Below, in pieces: positions 18,408 to 26,502 of a stretch of DNA of 64,000 nt. The stretch comes from Candidatus Latescibacterota bacterium (GTDB lineage: Bacteria > Latescibacterota > UBA2968 > GCA-2709665). The notes under the pieces are model-generated. The model worked only from the letters and a program-made list of their open reading frames with translations. It was not told where the DNA came from and did not search any database. A program made the translations under genes and the position numbers. Location: assembly GCA_963667175.2 (NCBI GenBank), contig CAXXXF010000006.1, positions 192,001 to 256,000 on the forward strand. Direction: 5' to 3'. Each line of letters begins with the position of its first letter. Position 1 is the first letter of the stretch.

Positions 18408-19424
18408 TTACACGCGGAAACCTGCGGCAGGTTCCGTCCCGCCTCCGGAGCAACCCGAGAAACGCGGGACTTCGGGCCGTCCGCTGTCGGCGGATCGATT
18501 GGCCGCAAGCGTCACGTCGAGCGAACGGACACCGTCCTCGTAATCCGATAGAACGGCCGACCCGTCGCCCGTACGAACGGCATCGATGAAGACCTCGTCG
18601 ATATCTCCCAGATCACACTGAACGGGGCCCGGGTCTGCCGCGGATTGCGGATGCACGAGCAAACCATCCGGCCCGAACTCCGCCCGCATGTCATTCAGTA
18701 TAAATGACATGAGCCCGGTCCCGCCTCCCTTCCGAAACGTGCACGTGGACGTCAACGAACCGATAGCGCCCGTCTCGAACTTCAGATTGATCGCGTGTAC
18801 GTCCGGAATGTCCAGGTTTTCCTCATCGTCCAGGGTTCGCGATGCGTAATAGGCGTGCACTTCCGCCACCTCACCCACGAGATAGCGAAGCAGATCCACC
18901 TGGTGGGTGGTTTGTTCAACGATCTGTCCGCCCGATTGTGACATCACGCGCCACCACGGCGTACCCGGCAGCCCGCCCCATCTGTGGACCGCGGTCATCC
19001 CGATCGTCCGGCCCTGCAGGAACGCCTTCGCCTGCTGGACGATGCCGGTATAGCGCAACTGATATCCCACGCACGTCAGAACGCCCGCCTCCCGCACGGC
19101 CGCCAGTATTTCGAAGGCCTTCTCCATCGTCGCCGCCACGGGTTTTTCCACAAAGAGATGCACTCCGCGCTGCGCCGCCAGAATCTCCGCGTCCGTATGT
19201 GCAAACGTGGGAACGCTTACATAGAGAGCGCACAGCGATTCGCTGTCCAGCATCTTCCGATGGTCGGTATACGCCTTCGCGCCGAATTCCCCGGCCACAC
19301 GCTCCGCGGTTTCCTCCACCACGTCGCAGACCGCCACGATATTCACGTCCTCCAGCCCCCGCAACACCCGCATATGGGATCTCGCGCGGCCTCCTGCGCC
19401 TATAAACCCTACCTGAGTTGCCAA
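18408..19424 (-). CDS. Gfo/Idh/MocA family oxidoreductase
   Basis: VGFIGAGG, FVEKP, VGYQLRY; GGAGG RBS before TTG 19424. Confidence 0.9.
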   Translation of the reverse strand: MATQVGFIGAGGRARSHMRVLRGLEDVNIVAVCDVVEETAERVAGEFGAKAYTDHRKMLDSESLCALYVSVPTFAHTDAEILAAQRGVHLFVEKPVAATMEKAFEILAAVREAGVLTCVGYQLRYTGIVQQAKAFLQGRTIGMTAVHRWGGLPGTPWWRVMSQSGGQIVEQTTHQVDLLRYLVGEVAEVHAYYASRTLDDEENLDIPDVHAINLKFETGAIGSLTSTCTFRKGGGTGLMSFILNDMRAEFGPDGLLVHPQSAADPGPVQCDLGDIDEVFIDAVRTGDGSAVLSDYEDGVRSLDVTLAANRSADSGRPEVPRFSGCSGGGTEPAAGFRV

Positions 19425-19544
19425 AACACCTCCCGGAAACGTTGTGGATAAAATCCACAGCCTGAAAATTAGCCCGCCATGCCATGCAGTGTCAAGCAGA
19501 TTCACCATGACCGGGACAGAACACGGACGCGCCTGCTTTAGTCT

Positions 19545-20660
19545 TTGAATTATACCGTCCTCATCACTAACTTACCCGTTCCAATCACACACGAATCCCG
19601 ACGGACGAGGATGTATCCCATGCGAGTCGAGAACCTGGAAACGCCGGCACTGACCATCGATCTCGACGTCCTTCTCAAGAATATCCGAGACCTCGCGGAA
19701 TCCTGCAGCAAACATGAAATCGCGCTGCGAGTGCATACCAAGACCCACAAGATTCCGGAAATTGCCCGACTGCAGCTTGAAGCCGGCGCCATCGGCATTG
19801 TCTGTCAGAAACTGGGAGAAGCGGAAGTCATGGTCGACGCGGGAATTTCCGACGTCCTCATTCCTTACAATATCGTCGGCGATCGCAAGGTGGAACGCCT
19901 TGTCCGACTCCGTGAACGGGCAACCATAACGGTAGCCCTGGACTCCGAAACGACGGCTCGCGGCATTTCCGAACAGGCAGGCAAACCGGAAATACCCGTT
20001 CTGATCGAACTGGATACCGGGGGGCGCCGATGCGGCGTTCAGTCGCCCGAAGCCGCACTGGATCTGGCGCGCAAAGTCGTTGCGCTGCCCGGCCTCCGCT
20101 TCCAGGGCATCATGACCTATCCCAGCCGGCGGGAGGCGGAACCCTTTCTGTCGCGTACACGGACACTGCTGGAGCGCGCCGGAATCTCAGTAGCAACGGT
20201 GAGCGGGGGCGGAACCGGAAGCGAAGCCGTCTCAAAGCAGATCGGTTGCACCGAAACCCGGATCGGCTCCTACGTTTTCGAGGGAATGCGCCGCATCAAC
20301 CACACGGACAACCCTCCGAACCCGGAGACCTGCGCCGAACGCGTGATCGTGACCGTGGTCAGCACCCCCACCCCTGAACGCATTATTGTGGACGGCGGTC
20401 AGAAAACCTTTACGAGTTATCCGCCCACTCCGTACGGATACATCGTGGAACACCCCGACGCCTGGATATACGGCATGTCGGTGGAACATGGCCATATCGA
20501 CGCCAGTGCGTGCGACCATACGTTTCAGGTAGGGGAACGCCTTTCGGTTGTTCCCCAGCACCAGGGCATGACGACCAACCTGCACGACGTCGCCTATGCC
20601 GTACGGAACGGTGTCGTGGAGGCCGTCTGGACCGTTGCCGGACGCGGCAGGGCGCAGTAG
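19545..20660 (+). CDS. DSD1/D-threonine aldolase-like PLP enzyme (alanine racemase fold)
   Basis: LETPAL.ID, LRVHTKTHK, RCGV, SVEHG; start probably about 19610. Confidence 0.85.
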   Translation: MNYTVLITNLPVPITHESRRTRMYPMRVENLETPALTIDLDVLLKNIRDLAESCSKHEIALRVHTKTHKIPEIARLQLEAGAIGIVCQKLGEAEVMVDAGISDVLIPYNIVGDRKVERLVRLRERATITVALDSETTARGISEQAGKPEIPVLIELDTGGRRCGVQSPEAALDLARKVVALPGLRFQGIMTYPSRREAEPFLSRTRTLLERAGISVATVSGGGTGSEAVSKQIGCTETRIGSYVFEGMRRINHTDNPPNPETCAERVIVTVVSTPTPERIIVDGGQKTFTSYPPTPYGYIVEHPDAWIYGMSVEHGHIDASACDHTFQVGERLSVVPQHQGMTTNLHDVAYAVRNGVVEAVWTVAGRGRAQ

Positions 20661-20761
20661 ATGAACAAATCGAGACCACAGCCCCGTTCATCCCCGTGGC
20701 CGGGATCGGATTGACCGACACGGCCGTTCCGGCAGGCGAATTGATACTAAGGAGTTCTGAT

Positions 20762-21655
20762 ATGCGTCAAGTACAGTGGGAACGCATGTTCCCGGACCAA
20801 CTGGATACCGCCTTCAACGACTGCCCGCTCGTCTACTTCCCGTACGGCCTTTGCGAACCCCACGGTCCGCACGACGCGGTCGGCCTGGATGGCCTGAAGG
20901 CGCACGGCATCGCGTGCGAGTCCGCGCGTGCACACGGGGGGATTGTGGCCCCGCCGGATTACTGGCATATCCACGAACTCGGCGGGTACGCGCTGTGGCT
21001 CGAGCGAACCGTTGGACCGGTCAGACGTTCCTGGATGACCTGTATGCCGCCCTGGCAGCACTTCAAGAACATCTGCTACCACATCCGCATGGCGGACCAC
21101 CTTGGCTTCCACGCCGCCATCTTTCTGACGGGACACTACGGTCCCAACTGGAAGGATCTCAAAACGCTCATTGGCCTGGTGCAGCCCCACGTGGGCACCA
21201 GGCTCTGCGGCCTGCCGGACCACGAAGCCAACCAGCCAGGTTTCGACAACGACGGACGAAGCGGCGGCGACCATGCCGGAAAGGTCGAAACTTCGCTTCT
21301 GTGGGCGCTCCACCCCGACTGTGTGGATCTCTCTCGGCTGCCGTCCGAAGACGCTCCCGGACCCCATTTCGCGATGGGACCCACGGTCAGACAGTCGGAC
21401 CGCCGCGTTGGCGAGCGGATGGTGGCCGACGAAGTCCGATGGCTGGGCGAGAAGGCGCAGGAACTGCTGGACGAATACGAGGAGAGAAACCCGGCCCACA
21501 AGCTGCAGACCTACGAAGACGTGGAAGTCCTCTGGGAGACCGTGGTTGGCCCCTCTCTCGCCGGATTCGAGACCATGCAGAACAGCTGGACTGAGGAAGC
21601 CCTTCCCGAGACTTCCGCCTGGTATCCCAACTGGCGGGTGCCGCGGCGGGGATAG
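20762..21655 (+). CDS. Creatininase family protein
   Basis: GLCEPHGPH..GLD, LTGHYG, DHAGKVETS. Confidence 0.85.
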   Translation: MRQVQWERMFPDQLDTAFNDCPLVYFPYGLCEPHGPHDAVGLDGLKAHGIACESARAHGGIVAPPDYWHIHELGGYALWLERTVGPVRRSWMTCMPPWQHFKNICYHIRMADHLGFHAAIFLTGHYGPNWKDLKTLIGLVQPHVGTRLCGLPDHEANQPGFDNDGRSGGDHAGKVETSLLWALHPDCVDLSRLPSEDAPGPHFAMGPTVRQSDRRVGERMVADEVRWLGEKAQELLDEYEERNPAHKLQTYEDVEVLWETVVGPSLAGFETMQNSWTEEALPETSAWYPNWRVPRRG

Positions 21656-21676
21656 GGACGGAGGCTTCGCGCCGGT

Positions 21677-21744
21677 CGCGCGCCTCGTCTTCGGCCACAA
21701 TGATTCGGCCTCGCCTGTAGAGCGACTTTTTCAACGGACTGCTA
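21677..21744. repeat. MITE-like repeat, copy B
   Basis: Minus strand TAGCAGTCCGTTGAAAAAGTCGC...GGCGAGGCCGAATCATTGTGGCCG. Confidence 0.7.
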
Positions 21745-22119
21745 CCGTTCCAGGAGTTCGATCTCGTATCCGTCCGGGTCATCCACAAAGGCCATCTTCC
21801 GTCCGGTCGGAAACGTCTCACGCCAATCGCCGGGCCAGATTTCAATGCCCTTGTTCTCGAGCCCGTCGCAAAACGCGATGAGGTCCGGCACGCCGATTGC
21901 AAGATGCATCAGATCCTCGGGAACGTTCAATTCGTAATCGTCCGACCAGGTCAGTTCGAGCGTATGGGCGTTGCCAGGCAACTCCAGGTGCATAATCTGG
22001 TTTCCCGCCGGGGACTTGTCCGATCTGCTCTTCACCACGAAACCGAAATGGTCGCAGTAGAATGCCGACGACCGGTCCAGGTCGTTTACCCGAATCCTGG
22101 TATGGAGAAATACCGCCAT
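21742..22119 (-). CDS. VOC/glyoxalase I family protein
   Basis: FLHTRIRVNDLDRS..FY, HLAIGV, FVDDPDGYEIEL. Confidence 0.88.
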   Translation of the reverse strand: MAVFLHTRIRVNDLDRSSAFYCDHFGFVVKSRSDKSPAGNQIMHLELPGNAHTLELTWSDDYELNVPEDLMHLAIGVPDLIAFCDGLENKGIEIWPGDWRETFPTGRKMAFVDDPDGYEIELLER

Positions 22120-22217
22120 CGAAGACTCCTTTCTTCAAATCAACGTCCGCCGGACCCGGAGACAAAAAAAAAGACAGCCAGTAGCTGCCCCGTGCCCGCG
22201 CCTTCCGTCCCTTCCAT

Positions 22218-22598
22218 CTACGCAGTTGCCGGCGAAACTGCTTTACTCCCTTCCTCGCCGGGCTGCGGGCTGGCCGGTTCCATTTCGAGACCCAGCGCCT
22301 GGCGTACCTGTCGTATCGCCTGAAGGTAATACTTCCTCACCGTACTCTTGGACACCGACAGCAGCAGCGCGATCTCGGCCATGGACTTTCCCTGGGAACG
22401 CAGCAACAATACCTCATACTTCCGGCCTGTAAGCGTCGGTTCGATCGCGTTTCTGACAGCGTCCAGTTTCTCCTCGTCCAAATCCAATTTTGCATACGGG
22501 TTCGGATCGAGCGAATGACGGATGATGAACGACAGCGGTACGGTCTCCGTTCTGGGATGACACCGTTCCATCACCGTGTTGTATCGGGGCCCTCGCAT
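22218..22598 (-). CDS. Stand-alone sigma70 region 4/LuxR-like HTH protein
   Basis: LTGRKYEVLLLRSQGKSMAEIALLLSVSKSTVRKY. Confidence 0.7.
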   Translation of the reverse strand: MRGPRYNTVMERCHPRTETVPLSFIIRHSLDPNPYAKLDLDEEKLDAVRNAIEPTLTGRKYEVLLLRSQGKSMAEIALLLSVSKSTVRKYYLQAIRQVRQALGLEMEPASPQPGEEGSKAVSPATA

Positions 22599-22715
22599 AT
22601 GGGTTCCACGCTCCCGGCGGGACGGTTGGAGGCTCTCAATGCTTCAGCAACCACTCTCGCGCATCGTCAATTTAGCCTGTTCTTCTCAGCCAGGCAAGAG
22701 AAAACTCGACCCGCG

Positions 22716-22790
22716 CTAACAGCCCGTCGATAACGTCCATCCGGTTGCGTCCGGCCTCGCATGCAGCGCGACTTTTCCAACGGACTGCTA
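22716..22790. repeat. MITE-like repeat, copy C (both inverted ends present)
   Basis: CTAACAGCCCGTCGATAA...TTCCAACGGACTGCTA imperfect terminal inverted repeats. Confidence 0.7.
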
Positions 22791-23720
22791 AAGCAGCGGA
22801 CGCCTTGAGAAGCCCAGCCCTTCCGCAACCTGCAACACCCGTTCATTCAACCGGTCCGCGTGCCGCACGGTTTCCCCATCGGGCGTGAACGCCAGGCTGC
22901 GCACCTGTGAATGCCCAATGATCCCCCGAGCGGCCAGCAGGCGTTTCTCTACAACCAGGTACAGCTCCACGTCCTGCAGAGAGAAGGCAATCTGCGCCAG
23001 AATCACGTCGAACACGTCCAGCGCGCCGTCCAGGTCGCCCGACGAACCGAGTTCCCAGATCCGGTTCATCACGTCCGCGTGCCCGAGCCCTGGCATGACG
23101 CCGGCGACGCCCCACTCAAAGAGTTCCGGCAGATACATCCCGCCCCAGCCCTCCAGCACGGCCACCTCATCGTCGGTCGCCTCCCGAATCCCTCGCAGCT
23201 TGCGCCCCAGCAGCGGCTCCTCCAGCTTGATGTACCTGAAATTATCGCAGGCTTCGCGAAGCCGACGGCAGAACGTCCCGTCAACCGTGGCGCCGCCAGG
23301 ATTGAAATCCTGAATCAGAATCGGCGCCCGCACCGCGTCGCAGATGGTCCGGCAATACGCAATAAGGTCCGCTTCCGTCGTGCGGAACTGCCTGGGGATT
23401 GCAAAACTGATGACGTCGGCGCCGGCGTCCTCGTTCGCGCGGGCAAGATTCGCCGCCTGTCGGGCCGACGGGTGGTTCGACTGACCCACCACGGGAATCC
23501 TCCCCGCCGACGACGAGACCGCGGCCCGGACGACCGCGAGCCGTTCTCTCCCTGATTGCTTGTAGAACTCGCCCGCATACGCAGGAAGACACACCGCCGA
23601 AATACCGAATGCGACCGCCGTCTCCACCTGTCGACGGATGTCTTCGAATACAATCTCTTCACGGTCATCGAACGGCGTTACCAGCACCGCCGCGACACCA
23701 CGGATAGCTTCCACGCCCAT
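22788..23720 (-). CDS. DHDPS/NAL family protein (Gln-for-Tyr, L-KDA dehydratase-like subfamily)
   Basis: LVTPF, AYAGEF, ILIQD, YIKLE. Confidence 0.82.
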   Translation of the reverse strand: MGVEAIRGVAAVLVTPFDDREEIVFEDIRRQVETAVAFGISAVCLPAYAGEFYKQSGRERLAVVRAAVSSSAGRIPVVGQSNHPSARQAANLARANEDAGADVISFAIPRQFRTTEADLIAYCRTICDAVRAPILIQDFNPGGATVDGTFCRRLREACDNFRYIKLEEPLLGRKLRGIREATDDEVAVLEGWGGMYLPELFEWGVAGVMPGLGHADVMNRIWELGSSGDLDGALDVFDVILAQIAFSLQDVELYLVVEKRLLAARGIIGHSQVRSLAFTPDGETVRHADRLNERVLQVAEGLGFSRRPLL

Positions 23721-23872
23721 GTCGATCCTCCAGAAGCTGTTTTGTCTGAGGCCTTGTGCGTCCGGCGCCGCTGCAGGCGACAGACGATCCCCGAACGGTG
23801 GATCGTTGAACCGGCCGGCGACAGGGGTTGTGCGACAGGAACCGTGTCGCTTTTCAGCCGCCATGGTGGCTG

Positions 23873-23901
23873 TTGACACCGAAACGGGGATATGTTAAAT
23901 T
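23873..23901 (+). promoter_or_regulatory. sigma70 promoter for rel
   Basis: TTGACA-17 nt-TAAATT with TG extension. Confidence 0.6.
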
Positions 23902-23987
23902 GTACCTTCCGAGAAATTTTCGCGTAAAGACTTTCTGGGATCGTCAAGATCCGACCGGAAGGCCGGCAATCTGCGGCGCCAGATTCG

Positions 23988-26276
23988 ATGCCGGTCGCCC
24001 GGACAGCCCGACGTACGGTATCTGCGGGACCCGCCGGCGGCGCGGCCCAGTCGGATCCGATGGAGGTCTCCGTGAGGTCGCAAACGGCTGGCTCCAAAAC
24101 CCTCCCGGCCATCGAAGCCGTCGTCGAACGCGAGTCCGGTTTTCCCGATCTTCAGAACCTTCTCCGGTCAGCGATCGACGTTCGTCCGAACCAGAATCTT
24201 CGGCTGATCTCCAAAGCCTACCACTTCGCCGAACTCGCCCATCGAAACATGCGCCGAAAGTCCGGCGATCCCTCAATTTCCCACGCTGTGGCCGTGTGCC
24301 GCATCCTGGTCGAACTCGGTCTCGACTCCGCGACCGCAGCCGCCGGTCTGTTACACGACGTGGTGGACGAGACCGATGTTCCTCTCACCCAGATCGAATC
24401 TCATTTCGGGGCTGAAATTGCCGGCCTGGTTGACGGCGTGTCAAGGATAAAGGACTTTTCCTTCCAGAGCCCGGAAGCCGAACAAGCCGAGAACTTCCGC
24501 AAGATGCTGCTCTCGATGGCACGGGACCTCCGCGTGGTTCTTGTCAAGCTGGCCGACCGCCTCCACAATATGCGTACCCTGAAATATATGCGTCCGGAAA
24601 GCCAGGAGCGCATGGTCTACGAGAGTCGCGATATCTATGCGCCGCTTGCCCACCGTCTGGGCATGTCCCGTATCCGGGCGGAACTGGAAGACCTCAGCCT
24701 CAAATGGCTGGAACCGAAAGCATACCGGTATATTCAGGAAAAGATCAACCTGACCCGGGAAGAACGAGAGGCCTGCATCGAAGCCGTGCAGAAGCCACTT
24801 TCGGAGGCACTGAAGAAAGCGGGGATTCGGGCGGACATGACGGGCCGTTCCAAGAATTTCAGCAGCATATACAAGAAGATGAACGGGCGTGAAAAAACCT
24901 TCGATGAAATCTACGATCTTCTGGCGCTTCGTGTTCTCGTTGACACCATTCCCGAATGTTACAACGTCCTGGGCCTGGTGCACACCATGTATCCGCCCGT
25001 CACCGCCCGCTTCAAGGACTTTATCGCCACGCCCAAGAGCAACATGTACCAGTCGCTTCACACAACGATTATTGGTCCGTCCGGTATGATGCTCGAGGTG
25101 CAGATCCGCACCAGGAAGATGCATCAGACGGCAGAGGTCGGCATTGCAGCCCACTGGCTCTACAAGGAGGGCAAGCGCGGACCGTCCGAAATGGACCGCC
25201 ACATGGCGTGGCTGCGCAGCCTGTTGGAGTTGCAGCGGGAAACCTCGAATCCACAGGAATTCATGGACGAATTAAAGGTCGATCTCTTCCCGAATGAGAT
25301 CTACGTGTTTACCCCTAAAGGAGACCTCATCCAGCTTCCGGAAGGCGCCACGCCGCTGGACTTTGCGTTTGCAGTACACACCGACGTCGGCCTGCGTTGT
25401 ATCGGCGGCCGGGTGGACGATCAGATGGTATCCCTGTCCACACCGCTGCGAACGGGCAGTACCGTCGAGGTAATCACCTCTCCCCACCAGAGACCCAACC
25501 GCGACTGGCTCGATTTCGTGAAGAGCGCCAGGGCGCGGAGCCGTATCAGACGCTGGTTACGCGAGGAAGAGTTCTCTCAGAGTGTCCGGATCGGCAAGGA
25601 CATCCTGGATCGCGAACTCAAGAGACGGAGAAAACGTACGGCCGAGGAAAAACTGCAGGCCGCAGCCGCTCACTTCGGCCTGCAGGACGTAGAGCATCTC
25701 TTCGCCAGCCTGGGCAACGGCACGCTGTCCCTGGAACGGGTTATGCATCAGATCTTTCCATCAGCCCGCCCGTTTCCCAGACGACAGCGACCGGAAATCA
25801 AGAGAAAGAGCCGCAAGAACCCGATTGTGATCCACAGCCTGAACCACCTGATGATCCAGTTCGCACGCTGCTGCCAGCCCATATACGGCGATTCCGTGTT
25901 GGGCGTAATCACACGGGGAAAAGGAATATCCGTTCACCGGAGGGACTGTCGTAACATTTCAAACCTGCCGGAAGGCCGCGATCGCCTGGTCGACGTCGAC
26001 TGGAATTCGGAAGAGGATACGGCCTTCACCGTACAGATTCGCGTTAACGGCGAGGATCGCCCCAATTTCCTTCGCGACATCAGCGAGGCCATTTCGGGGC
26101 AGGGTGTGCCCGTGGTCGAGGGAAAGCTGAACACCGCCAGCGGCCAGGTCGGCAACCGATTCACAGTTAAGGTCAGAAACGTCAACCAGCTCCACGATCT
26201 GCGAAAGAAAATCCTATCCGTGCCGGGCGTCTCGTCGGTTCGGCGCATAAACGCAAGTTACGACGACGTTTTGTAA
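23988..26276 (+). CDS. rel: Long RelA/SpoT homologue (p)ppGpp synthetase/hydrolase
   Basis: HD domain, KLADRLHNMRT, RFKD, YQSLHT, EVQIRT, TGS and ACT domains; start probably 24060. Confidence 0.95.
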   Translation: MPVARTARRTVSAGPAGGAAQSDPMEVSVRSQTAGSKTLPAIEAVVERESGFPDLQNLLRSAIDVRPNQNLRLISKAYHFAELAHRNMRRKSGDPSISHAVAVCRILVELGLDSATAAAGLLHDVVDETDVPLTQIESHFGAEIAGLVDGVSRIKDFSFQSPEAEQAENFRKMLLSMARDLRVVLVKLADRLHNMRTLKYMRPESQERMVYESRDIYAPLAHRLGMSRIRAELEDLSLKWLEPKAYRYIQEKINLTREEREACIEAVQKPLSEALKKAGIRADMTGRSKNFSSIYKKMNGREKTFDEIYDLLALRVLVDTIPECYNVLGLVHTMYPPVTARFKDFIATPKSNMYQSLHTTIIGPSGMMLEVQIRTRKMHQTAEVGIAAHWLYKEGKRGPSEMDRHMAWLRSLLELQRETSNPQEFMDELKVDLFPNEIYVFTPKGDLIQLPEGATPLDFAFAVHTDVGLRCIGGRVDDQMVSLSTPLRTGSTVEVITSPHQRPNRDWLDFVKSARARSRIRRWLREEEFSQSVRIGKDILDRELKRRRKRTAEEKLQAAAAHFGLQDVEHLFASLGNGTLSLERVMHQIFPSARPFPRRQRPEIKRKSRKNPIVIHSLNHLMIQFARCCQPIYGDSVLGVITRGKGISVHRRDCRNISNLPEGRDRLVDVDWNSEEDTAFTVQIRVNGEDRPNFLRDISEAISGQGVPVVEGKLNTASGQVGNRFTVKVRNVNQLHDLRKKILSVPGVSSVRRINASYDDVL

Positions 26277-26351
26277 ACGCCAGGGCAACAGGTGTCGTCA
26301 ATTCGTGCGTCTCTCGAGCGCCCTTATCCGGAAATCTCTCACCATTATCCC

Positions 26352-26416
26352 GCCTGCCTGCGCAGCGTACTGCCTGCCTGTGCGTGTACGCACGCAGACA
26401 GGCGCTGCAGGCAGGC
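26352..26416. repeat. Nested inverted repeat/hairpin between convergent rel and mutS
   Basis: GCCTGCCTGC...CCTGCCTGTGCGTGTACGCACGCAGACAGG...GCAGGCAGGC. Confidence 0.55.
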
Positions 26417-26502
26417 CGATTCATCCCGTCTCGCCACGGGGTGGTCTTCTCGCCTCTACTGTTTCACGTCTTTCCGCCTTTTGAAAAAACGCACGCTTGC
26501 CG

